Assembly: GCF_001194135.2 (NCBI RefSeq)
Contig: NC_068989.1
Span: 22,307,691-22,343,953 of the forward strand
Direction: 5' to 3'
From: Octopus bimaculoides
Lineage: Eukaryota
DNA: 36,263 bases
Below are positions 22,846 through 34,076 of this stretch, one piece after another. The notes beneath the pieces were generated by a model, which saw only the letters and a program-made list of their open reading frames with translations, was not told the origin of the DNA and ran no database searches. Made by a program: the position numbers and the translations under genes. Every line of letters begins with the position of its first letter. Position 1 is the first letter of the stretch.

Positions 22846-23491
22846 NNNNNNNNNNNNNNNNNNNNNNNNNNNNNNNNNNNNNNNNNNNNNNNNNNNNNNN
22901 NNNNNNNNNNNNNNNNNNNNNNNNNNNNNNNNNNNNNNNNNNNNNNNNNNNNNNNNNNNNNNNNNNNNNNNNNNNNNNNNNNNNNNNNNNNNNNNNNNNN
23001 NNNNNNNNNNNNNNNNNNNNNNNNNNNNNNNNNNNNNNNNNNNNNNNNNNNNNNNNNNNNNNNNNNNNNNNNNNNNNNNNNNNNNNNNNNNNNNNNNNNN
23101 NNNNNNNNNNNNNNNNNNNNNNNNNNNNNNNNNNNNNNNNNNNNNNNNNNNNNNNNNNNNNNNNNNNNNNNNNNNNNNNNNNNNNNNNNNNNNNNNNNNN
23201 NNNNNNNNNNNNNNNNNNNNNNNNNNNNNNNNNNNNNNNNNNNNNNNNNNNNNNNNNNNNNNNNNNNNNNNNNNNNNNNNNNNNNNNNNNNNNNNNNNNN
23301 NNNNNNNNNNNNNNNNNNNNNNNNNNNNNNNNNNNNNNNNNNNNNNNNNNNNNNNNNNNNNNNNNNNNNNNNNNNNNNNNNNNNNNNNNNNNNNNNNNNN
23401 NNNNNNNNNNNNNNNNNNNNNNNNNNNNNNNNNNNNNNNNNNNNNNNNNNNNNNNNNNNNNNNNNNNNNNNNNNNNNNNNNNNNNNNNNNN

Positions 23492-23751
23492 AGGTGCCTT
23501 AGGTATAATAAAAAAATATTCAGACAAATACATAACAAAAACACCAGGACTTACAAATATATATAACACACAGAAAATTGCACTACTGGGTACTGCACAC
23601 ATTCTATGCAAAACACTTTCAATACAGTAAACATAAGAGCACCACAGCAAACCACAGCACATACCCAAGGCGCACAGAGCTGCGCTCGGTAGTGAAGTGA
23701 AAGCACGTTATAAAAATAAAACTACTGAATAATGATAATAATAATAATAAT
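23492..23751 (+). mobile_element. 3' end of an R4/Dong-clade non-LTR retrotransposon with (TAA)n tail
   Basis: GALGIIKK...QKIALLGTAHILCKTL then stop at 23628-23630, ~95-nt 3' UTR, (TAA)n 23728-23751; 5' part in gap. Confidence 0.8.
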
Positions 23752-23760
23752 GAGAATGAG

Positions 23761-23795
<35 letters not shown>

Positions 23796-24464
23796 CTGAA
23801 ATATAGATATACAATTAGGCAGGATTTATAGATACATGGACCAGACACACCTAAAGGTAATTCGTGTTTAATAATGTTTATATGGCGACATGTCGTCACA
23901 TGTTGGTAAAGCTATGTTAAATATTTGAAAAGCTTCGCTGCTGAAGAATCTGCTTGAGTTTGTAAATTCTTAAGAAATATCGGTCTGTATTTCTTATAGC
24001 TTCGTAATTAGAAATTCACGTCAGATCTGATTACCCCTCTTGTTGAAACAGACAGACTGTCAAATATCTGTTAAGGCTGGAGTGGACATCAAATTATCAT
24101 TTTGCCTATCTTCTTATTGCTAGTGTCTGGTTCAAATTGTCTACATACGCACAACCACACACACACACACACACACACACAAACAAACACAAACACACTA
24201 CTCTCTCCCTGTCTTACTGTCTTTCTCATAAACAAACAAGATACAGACAGTCTAACATACATGCATACACTCACACGCACACATACACATAAACTAAAAA
24301 AATACACATTATAGACATACACATGCATTTACACTCCCTCTCACTCTAAACACAAACATGTGTACATATCCTAACAATTACCTTGACACTCACACTCACA
24401 CACATACACAAATCATTCTCATGTATACATATGGAAATACACACACATATATATATAATTGACT

Positions 24465-24756
24465 CGCCCTTCGAAGACGACGTATGTGTGTTCAGCTTTT
24501 GCCGAACGACCTGCACAAATGATTTGTTTATAATGATCAAATGTTCGTGCCATACATTAACTCACCCTGCTCCATCAAATCGGCGTTGTCTGCAACAGGC
24601 GCACGGTGTATCACACGTCAAGTGTTGAAGTGGTCGCAGAGCAACGTGAGATGAAGTGTTTTGCTCAAGAACACAATGCACCTCCCAGTTTAGGAATTGA
24701 AATCACGACCTTACGATCGTAAGTGCAACTTCCTAACCGCTAGGCCATGCGCCCTC
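24465..24756 (-). mobile_element. SINE-B variant with a third 3' body
   Basis: Head gagggcgcatggcctagcggttagg, CORE-like ttgtgttcttgagcaaaacacttcatctcacgttgctc, then unrelated tgcgaccacttc body. Confidence 0.75.
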
Positions 24757-24757
24757 T

Positions 24758-24791
<34 letters not shown>

Positions 24792-24804
24792 CACACACAC
24801 ATAC

Positions 24805-25005
24805 AAGAGTAGTACTTGTATTTCAAAGAGTGAGTCTTTTCACACTCTGTGTCATACTGAATCTCTTTGGGAACTACATTGAGGTTATGCATATCTGTGG
24901 AGTTCTCAGCCACTTGCATGTCAGTTTTACAAGCTGGCTATTTTGTTGATTAGTTCAACTGGAACCCGTGTCATCTTAACTGATGAAGTGCCAGTATAAA
25001 ATCTT
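24805..25005 (+). mobile_element. Degenerate headless A/B shared tail
   Basis: tcaaagagtg...ctcagccacttgcatg...caactggaaccc. Confidence 0.7.
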
Positions 25006-25306
25006 CCAAGAAAACCTGTTCAACCATGGGGAAATATCAGCTTGCTTGGAAATAACAACAAATGTGAACACACACACACATTAGCTGCTTGAATGACTGT
25101 GTGGTTGAGAAATTTGCTTCCCAAATACATGGTTCCACATTCAGTCCCTCTGCAAGTGTTTTCTACTATAACCCTAGGCCAACCATAAGCTTGTGACTGA
25201 ATTTGGTAGATGGAAAAACTGCAGCGTTGTTCATCAAAAATGACTGTAAAACATGTCTATAAAGAAGAATTGTTTGCTTCATACTCCTTGTATACTGATT
25301 CTTCCC

Positions 25307-25696
25307 GTGGAGGTGCAATGGCCCAGTGGTTAGGGCAGCAGACTCGCGGTCATAGGATCGCGGTTTCAATTCCCAGACCGGGCGTTGTGAGTGTTTATTG
25401 AGCGAAAACACCTAAAGCTCCACGAGGCTCCGGCAGGGGATGGTGGCAAACCCTGCTGTACTCTTCTACCACAACTTTCTCTCACTCTTTCTTCCTGTTT
25501 CTGTTGTACCTGTAATTCAAAGGGTCAGCCTTGTCATACTGTGTCACGCTGAATGTCCCCGAGAACTACGTTAAGGGTACACGTGTCTGTGAAGTGCTCA
25601 GCCACTTGCGCGTTAATTTAACGAGCAGGCTGTTCCGTTGATCGAATCAACTGGAACCCTCGACGTTGTAAGCGACGGAGTGCCAACAACAACAAT
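25307..25696 (+). mobile_element. SINE-A, full length
   Basis: TSD tgattc(t/a)tccc at 25296-25306 and 25697-25707. Confidence 0.95.
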
Positions 25697-25782
25697 TGAT
25701 TCATCCCATAAGAAAGGAACAAATAATACAATGAGGCTGTAGATCATAACACCCAGGCAATGCCAGGGTGCACTGCAAGTAT

Positions 25783-25819
<37 letters not shown>

Positions 25820-26282
25820 TATGACAGAAGTAAATAGACAACCTTATACTCATTAAAATTAATTTAAATCTGAAATTATACATTCAAATTATTTATTGAT
25901 TATTATAATGTGAATATCTAATATCTAGTAGTCATGCCTTTTGCATTTTTCAATGCAAAGATCCTATATGGCATGCTACTGATCAGATGAGGAATATTCT
26001 CTTGAAGAATTTCTTGCCAAGTTTCATGCAGTAATCTCAAAAGATCTGACTTTGTGTTTGCTTTGTTGTTCTTTTTATAAAGCATTCTATTCATAATGGC
26101 TCCGAGGTGTCCAGCAGGGTTCATATCTGATGACTAGCTTGGCCATGGAAACTTTTTAAAGCCATCCTTTTCAAACCAACCTTGGGTCTTTAGCCATGTG
26201 ACAAGGAGCCCCACCTTCCATAAATAGTCTTCTTTAATCATTTCACCACTGGAGAAAATTGGAAGGAGTCCTTTCTGCAATA

Positions 26283-26453
26283 TCATCATCATCATCACCA
26301 TCATCATCGTTTAACGTCTGCTTTCCATGCTAGCATGGGTTGGACGATTTGACTGAGGACTGGTGAAACCAGATGGCTACACCAGGCTCCAATCTGATTT
26401 GGCAGAGTTTCTACAGCTGGATGCCCTTCCTAATGCCTGCCTTTCCTAATGCC
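26283..26453 (-). mobile_element. SINE-E / retroposon 3' fragment with (GAT)n tail, nested in Tc1
   Basis: Minus reads ggcattaggaagggcatccagctgtagaaactctgcc...acgttaaacgatgatgatg. Confidence 0.8.
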
Positions 26454-26523
26454 ATATTTATCCGAGTTTATGTTTTCTTCCCACTCCACCATCTTTGATT
26501 GATCATTGCTCCAAATTGTTCCC

Positions 26524-26688
26524 CAGGAATGAGTGTGGTAAGTAGCTTGCTTACCAACCACATGGTTCTGGGTTCATTCCCACTGCGTGGCATCTTGGGC
26601 AAGTGTCTTCTACTATAGCCTTGGGCCGACCAAAGCCTTGTGAGTAGATTTGATAGATGGAAACTGAAAGAAGCCTGTCGTATATATG

Positions 26689-26737
<49 letters not shown>

Positions 26738-26950
26738 TTGTGTGTCTGTGGTTGTCCCTCCAGCATCGCTTGACAACTGATGCTGGTGTGTTTACGTCCC
26801 CGTAACTTAGTGGTTCGGCAAAAGAGACCGATAGAATAAGTACTAGGCTTACAAAGAATAAGTCCTGGGGTCGATTTGCTTGACTAAAGGCGGTGCTCCA
26901 GCATGGCCACAGTCAAATGACTGAAACAAGTAAAAGAGTAAAAGAGTAAA
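26524..26950 (+). mobile_element. SINE-C, full length, nested in Tc1
   Basis: Head caggaatgagtgtggtaag, internal (TG)n, tail gtaaaagagtaaaagagtaaa. Confidence 0.93.
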
Positions 26951-27649
26951 TCACAGAATAGCCACTGTGTTTCATTGTCGACTAAAATTTTTAAATATAA
27001 AATTCTTGATTACAGTCTCCATACCCACACTTGACCACTGTTATAAAATACAGCAAATTTGAGCTCACCAGAAAATATGACAGTGTCCCAATGCTAGTGG
27101 CCTCTCCACCATCTCACTGGCCCATTCTTTTCTCCGCTTAATATTGGCTAGTCGAAAAAGTGACTTCCTTCTTGCTGTTCTGCCATAATAGCCAAGTTTG
27201 TGGAGATACCTGACAGCTGTTCTGGGATTGACATCAGCATGTTCTGCTATGTCAGAGGCCCTGCAACAAGGATTATCCTCCACACTTCACTTAACAAAGT
27301 GAAGGGTCCTGTCAGAGAGCCCCAGTCGACCTGGGCAAGGTCATGTGGACTCCTTGCCCTCCCTGGTAAATTGCACAATCACTCTATTAACTGTAGAAAG
27401 TGGGATCCCAAGGTTTTCTGCAATTTTATTCTGACTAGGTCCACCTTCAGATTGACTTACAATACCGCCTCTTTGAAATTCGGACAGTTTCAAGCCTTCT
27501 TTTTTATGTGGCATGATTAAACAGTCACATATAGAACCTGAAACATGAATATGTCAATTAATAAAAAATATAAACCTTTTCAAGTTAAAATAAGCATAAA
27601 ACAATATTTTATGGGGTGTCTATTTACTTCTGTCGTGCGTGTGTGTGTG

Positions 27650-27845
27650 TATAAATATATATATGTATTTATGTATGTAGGTATGCATGTATATGTGAGT
27701 GAGCGTGTATGTATATACATGTGTGTGCACGCATGCATGTGTGCGTGCATAGGTGTGTGTGTGTGGATATATATATTTATGTACGTTTGCATGTACATAT
27801 ACATATTTGTATATTTTATGTGTGTGTCTGTGTATGTCTATTTAC

Positions 27846-27876
<31 letters not shown>

Positions 27877-27930
27877 CAGACAGCCAGAGGCAGGAAGAGA
27901 GAAAGAAAGAGAGAGGGAATGTGAGAGAGA
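27650..27930. repeat. Compound (TA/TG/GATA/GA)n microsatellite tract
   Basis: Direct reading; (GATA)n at 27847-27874. Confidence 0.85.
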
Positions 27931-29411
27931 TGAAGGCAGATGGAGGTATGAGGAGACCTGAGGTGATATTACAAAGGTGTTATTTCACCTTGAATAAAGT
28001 TCTTCTCTCCTTACCAACCTAAAACAACAATTTTCAGTCAAAATTCTTGACATGTCTGTAAATATATACATTTACTAACCAAGTAACAAGAGATTTATCT
28101 CTAAGGCCATAGGTCAGATGGTGTTCAGTTTCTTGATACAGATCATTACATTAGTCTTTGTTGCTGGGTGGTGGTGCTGGTGGTACTGGTCATCATTGTC
28201 ATCAAGTTGTTGTTGTTGGTGGTGGCTATAGTGAGGTAGGTGTTGCAGTTTTTTAATCCCGACTCCGCTCATGTCAAGCTGAATTAAATAAACTTAGGAT
28301 TGTAAGGACCCCCCCCTCGTCACCTGCATGTTTAGATGGAAGAATGTGTTTCAAGGTAGATTTGGGTGCTATTTCTAACAGCTCAATTAACTGTATAAAA
28401 GCTCTTATTATTATTATTCACTTTTAAACAAATGTTGGGAGTCACAGTGGTGGTCATGGTGATATTGGTCGTAGAACAAGGGCGGTGAGAATTGTGGAAA
28501 ATGTAATCATGTTGAAGGCAGTAAAGATAATGGTTGAAATCTTAAGGTGGGTGGTGGGGGTGATGTAATGTAGATAGTGGTGGTGGTGGTGGTGGTAACG
28601 ATGATGGGAGTGGTGGCAGTGGTGGTGATGGTGGAAGTGACAACGGTTGTTATGGTGGTGGTGGTGATATGTTTTCTTGTTGTGTCCTCCTTATTGTGGA
28701 GTAAATCATGTGTTTATGAGAAACAACATATTATTAACTAACAAACACAAATGTAAATTGATGCTTATGCATATATACCCCCTAATTTATGTATGTACAT
28801 GCATGTATGTGTTTATGTAAATGCTTTCTACAATTGTGCACATACATGTATTAAGATTGTTTAATCAAAACACATATACTCCTTTAACAATGTGGACTTG
28901 ATTTAATATATGTAAATGTATTAAGTCTACTTCAAATCTAATGGTTCATTAGGTCATAGCTTATCCATGCTTATCCAGGTTTCTGCATTTAGAAGATTGA
29001 GGGTAAAAGACCATACCTTAAGATAATGCCAGTCTGTTACAGATACAACTCCCTGTCCAGGCTATCCTTGGTATTCATTTCTAGTTTCATTTATTGAAGG
29101 AAATTTGCTTTGCTTTTAGGCATGATTCATGACCATCACTCTGCATGTGATATTCAGTAACATCCATTCAAGATTCTCTTTATATGGCAACAATCAGCTG
29201 TGATAACTTCTCTAACTGCTGCTGCCACAGTATCATCAGTCTGCAATCTGGTTAGTGTAAATGTTAGGTAAGGTTTTGGCCAATCATGTCAATGAACATT
29301 AGACTTAGAGATAAGACAGGCCCAGAGACAACAAAGATGGCAAGATAATCTAAATAGAACAACAAATAGTCAAAGTAAAGACCACTTTCTTCTATGATAG
29401 TTCACCATTTC

Positions 29412-29770
29412 TCATAGCATCAGCAGACTAAATGGCAAAGGCATTGCCCTGGAGGATAATGAGGGAGATGCATTAAAACAGCCATTCTGATTCACAGGGC
29501 TCACACTTGCGGACAGCCATCTCTGCCCTGATAGCGGTGAGCAGGGATATGATGTGGGGGTGTGGATGGCAAGAACACCAGCAGTCTCAACTGCCACAGG
29601 CTTGACCATAAACCTGTTAGACGGTAACCAATACATTGACGGTTTGTTTGTCTCAGCCTGACAAGCAATAAAGCCTGGGCTGGTAGCTGACAACACCAAG
29701 TTGCCACTGGAGAAAGTATCACAGCATGTGGCATCCCAGATGAGGGGCCTACTGCTACAGAATAGGAGTA
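29412..29770 (-). mobile_element. CRE-like non-LTR retrotransposon fragment (restriction-like endonuclease C-terminus)
   Basis: RPLIWDATCCDTF...AETNKPSMY...KPVAVETAGVL and, after a frameshift, EPCESEWLF*CISLIILQGNAFAI. Confidence 0.78.
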
Positions 29771-29905
29771 TTGGGAAGGATATCCAGCAGTAGAAACCAT
29801 AGCAAAGCTGACAGTGGAGCTTGGTGCAGCCGTCTGATTTGACAGTTCCTGTCAAACCATCCAGTCCATGACAGTAAGGAAGGACAACATTAAAAGATGA
29901 TGATG
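29765..29905 (+). mobile_element. SINE-E fragment
   Basis: gaaggatatccagcagtagaaacc...cattaaaagatgatgatg. Confidence 0.7.
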
Positions 29906-30406
29906 ACTCCTTTCTGAGAAACTTTCTTTGTGACAGGTTGGTATATCTTTGGATATTTCATTTTATCAGCTGCTTTACTGTTCTTTTTTTAACTCCCACA
30001 CATACACCATCAGGTGGAGGCACTGTCACTGATTTTATTCAATCCATTTTTACCCACACTGTTGAATTCTTGGCTATTGATCAACTTGGGTCAGTGGCTG
30101 CGTCTGACAAAAGGGGCAGCAAAATTATGGTACTGTTAAAGATTACCAAAATGTTTTTCTTTGTCTTCTAAATAGAGATATAATCAGGCATATGTGATGA
30201 CTTCTTCTTTGATGCAACATGCTCAATTCTAAAAGAAAAGAAACAAACACAATGCCATATTCAAAACTAGAGTGTTGGCATCAATGTATGAGAAATATGA
30301 ATGACTGGAATTATTTGTTATGATATCAGACCTTACCTTTGTAAGAAAACCTGCTCATTAAAGATCATATCTACAAACTAAGTTTTCATCACTTGTCTCT
30401 TTCTAG

Positions 30407-30511
30407 ATATACATGTGACCTGTGTTTCATTTTGTATGCTGTTGATATTAAGTCAATCATGACAATATCATTCTCTTCTGACAAGATAATTACCCAGCAG
30501 AGACACCGATG
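30407..30511 (+). CDS. Candidate internal exon (105 nt, phase 2-2) or 5' UTR exon of an unidentified gene
   Basis: tctctttctag acceptor, ATG|GTATGC donor, one open frame YTCDLCFILYAVDIKSIMTISFSSDKIITQQRHR. Confidence 0.28.
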
Positions 30512-30854
30512 GTATGCAAATGTGAAATTTATAAATCCATAATTGTATGTTATATGTTTAGGATTTGGTGAGGAGAAAGAAATAAACAAAACCAAATTTT
30601 ATATGGTTTTTAAACAGTGTCGTTTCATTATTGCACTGAATAAAGATGCTCACTGCAGTCTTGAAACATATTGAGAAGCAAAGCAAATTTCGTTGTTAAA
30701 TGAAGGAAGGGAACCAGCCAAGTCATTAGGGATATTTTTTCCAGCTTTCTATGCCCTGAATTCAAATCCTGCTTAAGTCAACTTTGCAACTTTAGCTTTC
30801 AATTGAATGAGTGGAATTGTTAGAACAGTGGATGAGATGATTTGTGATGTCTAT

Positions 30855-31240
30855 TTCTTTTACTTGTTTCGGTCATTTGACTGCAGCCAAGCTGGAGCAC
30901 CATCTTGAAGGGTTTTAGTTGAACAAATCGTCCTCAGGACTTATTTTTAAGCTTAGTACTTATTCTATCGGCTTCTTTTATCGAGCTGCTAAGTTACAGG
31001 GATGTAAACACACCAACAATGACTGTCAAACAGTGTTGGGGGGACAAACACACACACATACATATATATGTATATACAACAGGCGTCTTTCAGTTTCTGT
31101 CTATCAAATCCACTCACAAGGCTTTGGTTGGCCTGAGGCTATAGTAGAAGATACTTGCCCAAGGTGTCACACAGTGGGACTGAGTCCAGAACCATATAGT
31201 TGACAAGCAAGTTTATTACCACATAGCCTCATCTGCACCT
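30855..31240 (-). mobile_element. Diverged SINE-C
   Basis: Matches other C copies end to end. Confidence 0.88.
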
Positions 31241-31274
31241 ATTTGATTACTTTTGTTTTTTAATTTTTTATCAG

Positions 31275-31404
31275 GATGGAAGGTGGCACCAATGACTCTT
31301 TAAAGTCCTCCCAGACTGATGAGAGAGAAGGAAGAAGTTATCGCCAAACTGGTGATCTGATAAAAATATCTCCAACAGAGCAGACTTATCTAAAGCTACC
31401 TAAG
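31275..31404 (+). CDS. Candidate exon MEGGTNDSLKSSQTDEREGRSYRQTGDLIKISPTEQTYLKLPK
   Basis: Strong acceptor ttttttatcag|G, open frame, weak-to-moderate donor AAG|GTGGTG; the ORF beyond it runs into a degenerate SINE-D. Confidence 0.38.
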
Positions 31405-31591
31405 GTGGTGCTGATTAGCCAAATAATAGATTGGGTCTACCATCCAGTGGCCATGGAAGGATTTGAACTCACAACACAGAGAGTTGGAAGAAATACAGTT
31501 AAGTATCCGGTCAGATATTCTTATAGTCCAACTAATTCATCATACTGCATCAGTACTTTTTTTTATCAACCCTAAAAGGCTAAGAGGCCTT

Positions 31592-31770
31592 GTGGAAGCA
31601 TGTGGCTAGGTGGTTAAGGTGTTGGACTCATGATTGTAGTTTCGATTCTTGGACCAGATGAAGCATTGTGTTCTTCAGCAAAACACTTCATTTCATATTG
31701 CTCCAGTACACTCAGCTGGCAAAAATAAGTAATCCTGTGATGGACCAGTGTCCCATCCAAGTGGGGAATA
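31592..31770 (+). mobile_element. SINE-B, same tail type as 10500-10706
   Basis: gcatgtggctaggtggttaagg...gctccagtacactcagctggcaaaaataagtaatcctgtgatggacc. Confidence 0.8.
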
Positions 31771-31789
31771 TGGTTGGTCTTGACAGGGA

Positions 31790-32152
31790 TTCAAAACAAA
31801 TACCACTCATAGGTACTTTATTTTATTAAGACTAAAAGGACGAAAAACAAAGATGACCTTGACAGAACATAAAAGGCCAGAAGGAAAACTGCAAAGCATT
31901 TCTTATGCTATTCTATTGTTTCTGCCAGCTTACCACCTGTACCAGGTTTGTAATATTGGTTTCAAATTTTGGCACAAGGTCAACAAATTTCATGTGAGAG
32001 GTTACGTTGATTACCTTGGCCCCAGTGCTCAACTGGTACTTATTTTATTGACCCCAAAAATATGAAGGGTAAGTCAACCTCAGCAAAGATGGAAAAAATG
32101 CCACTAAGCATCTTGCCCTGCATGCTAATGATTCTGCCAAGCTCACTGCCTT
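31790..32152 (-). mobile_element. Two head-to-tail degenerate SINE-D copies
   Basis: Tail ggtttcaaattttggcacaagg abuts the previous head gccagcttaccacc. Confidence 0.75.
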
Positions 32153-32409
32153 TACCAGGCTTATAATAATTACAAGAATTTTAAGGGATGATATTTATTA
32201 CACCAAAGAATAAATTGTCCCCTTGTTTCACATTGTTTTTATCTAACAAACTCACTCACAAGGCATATTGTCTAACATAGCCCAAGGCTATAGTAGAAGA
32301 CACCTGCTCAAGGTACCTTGCAGTGGGACTGAACCAGAAACCACATAGTTGGGAACTGAATATCTTAACTACATGTATATATGTATTTTTTTACTATTTC
32401 ATTTTTCAG

Positions 32410-32502
32410 GAAAGCATAAGGTTATATTTGAAAGATAAAGAATATTTCCCGGTGCAATATGAAATCGGAATGTACAAAGATGATGAGAGTTGTGATATGT
32501 GA
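32410..32502 (+). CDS. Candidate terminal coding exon ESIRLYLKDKEYFPVQYEIGMYKDDESCDM*
   Basis: Acceptor ttcatttttcag|G, 30 sense codons, TGA, AATAAA at 32540-32545; phase-compatible with 31275-31404. Confidence 0.42.
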   Translation, partial: ESIRLYLKDKEYFPVQYEIGMYKDDESCDM

Positions 32503-32539
32503 TATACTGGATGACCCTACACTTGTTTCAGCTACCATA

Positions 32540-32545
32540 AATAAA
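32540..32545 (+). terminator. Candidate polyadenylation signal
   Basis: AATAAA 37 nt after the candidate stop; the motif is common in AT-rich DNA. Confidence 0.25.
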
Positions 32546-33072
32546 TATTGGTTTTGACCCTTAACAAGGCCATACACTGTGAGGAAATATGAGAACCAAC
32601 TTAATGAACCCTTGATATATGACTGGTATTTGATTTATCACACATGGAAGCATGAAAGTTAAAAACTGACCTTGATGGAAATTAAAACTCAGAACTTGAA
32701 GGGAAATAACTAAATACCAAAAAGTATTATCATCACCATTGTTGTTGTTGCCATTGTTTTAGCGTTCACTTTTCCATGCATGCATGGGTCAGGCAATAAT
32801 TGTTAAAGCAGATTTTCCTATGGCTGGATGCTCTTCCTGTTACCAGCCCTCACCTGTTTCCAAGCATGGTTATATTTCCTCAAGCCTATTAAAGTATGGA
32901 CAGTCCTGACATGCTATGGGAAGAGAATTACAAACAAATGACACAATTTTTATAAATGCAGGTTCTTTTGCTTTACAATCAGCTCACTCAGAACAAGGCA
33001 AGTGGTATACATACTCACTCATGCACACACACACACATACAACAGGTTTCTTCCTGTTACTGTCAACACAGT

Positions 33073-33400
33073 ATCATCATCATTTAACATCCACTTTCTA
33101 TGTTGGCATGGGTTAGACAGTTTGACTGGAACTGGTGAGCCAGAGAGCTGCACCAGATTCCATTCTGATTTGGCATGGTTCCTACAGCTGGATGTCCTTT
33201 CTAATACCAACCACTCTGAGAGTGTAAGGGGTGATTTTTACATTCCACCAGCACAGGTGGCATTTACATGACACTCGTAACAGTCACAACTGCAATTTAA
33301 TGGGTGCCATTTACATGACACCAGCAATGGCCACAACTACGGTTTCACATGGATCTATTAAAGACACCATCAGACAGTGTTCAAGGAGTACAAAGAACCT
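33073..33400 (-). mobile_element. Longer degenerate SINE-E-type fragment
   Basis: catcatcatttaacatccactttc...cctacagctggatgtcctttctaataccaacc. Confidence 0.7.
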
Positions 33401-34076
33401 TTCATTCATGTGGTTCCAAAGCAAATTTCATAAGTACACAGCCATGTTTGCAGCTATGAAACAAATATTAAGAGGATCAAGATGCTGGATTTAAAGAACT
33501 GGTAGAGCATTAGATAAAATGCCTTATGGTATTCAGTTTTTGGTCCCTTTATCTTCTGAGTCTGAATCTCGCCAAGATCATCTTTAATCCTATATTTATT
33601 CAGTGTAAGAGAAGTCATGGCTTGGTTCTCCATGTAACAATATGTTATAAATATGCTTCTTCTTTTCTCAAAAAAAATTCAACAATGACCATATGCTAAG
33701 AGTGGACACTCTGTTCTACATGTTGAAAAGTACTGACCATGAGACAGTGTGTCCTCCCTTGGCAGGGGTCAAACTGCTGCAGCCCAAAGATAACAATAAC
33801 AGCAACAACATCAACAACAACAAGAAAATGCAGTTGAAGAATTAAAGATAATAGAAACAAAAACAATGATAACTTCCTTAACCAAATGAGGAAATTTTCC
33901 TTAAAGAAGATAGTAATGTCGAGCGTAAAAGAGATGAGGATGAAGAAGAAGAAGGAGGAGGGTATACAATTTGAAAACAACAAAGAAGCCTATGTAAGTA
34001 TACCGATTTGTAAAAACTATATTGGGAAGATGGATGAAAGTCAAACCTACTGCGGCATACGGTACAAAAATAAGTT

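Larger units (their letters stand above)
25918..27514 (-). pseudogene. Tc1 (DD34E-type) transposase pseudogene
   Basis: [19 protein letters not shown]...[16 protein letters not shown]...PGR; YGRTARRK; WDTVIFSGE; TMKHSGYSV; MEGGAPCH; WPS*SSDMNPAGHL; SSMPYRIFALKNAKGMTTRY*; stops, frameshifts and SINE insertions. Confidence 0.92.
25786..27649 (-). mobile_element. Full-length Tc1-family DNA transposon fossil with two nested SINEs
   Basis: Perfect 18-bp inverted core gacagaagtaaatagaca (25823-25840 and 27617-27634); TA flanks at 25784-25785 and 27650-27651; transposase inside. Confidence 0.92.

Noticed and set aside
28150-28680. (GGT/GAT)n tracts as Gly-rich coding sequence
   Set aside because: Interrupted by stops in all frames; simple trinucleotide repeats
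29121-29268. Additional upstream exon for the plus-strand gene (good acceptor, AG|GTAAGG donor)
   Set aside because: All three frames contain a stop; the phase-compatible frame has TAA at 29158-29160. It could still be a UTR exon
30176-30285. Plus-strand acceptor ttctaaatag
   Set aside because: Stops in all three frames before any convincing donor
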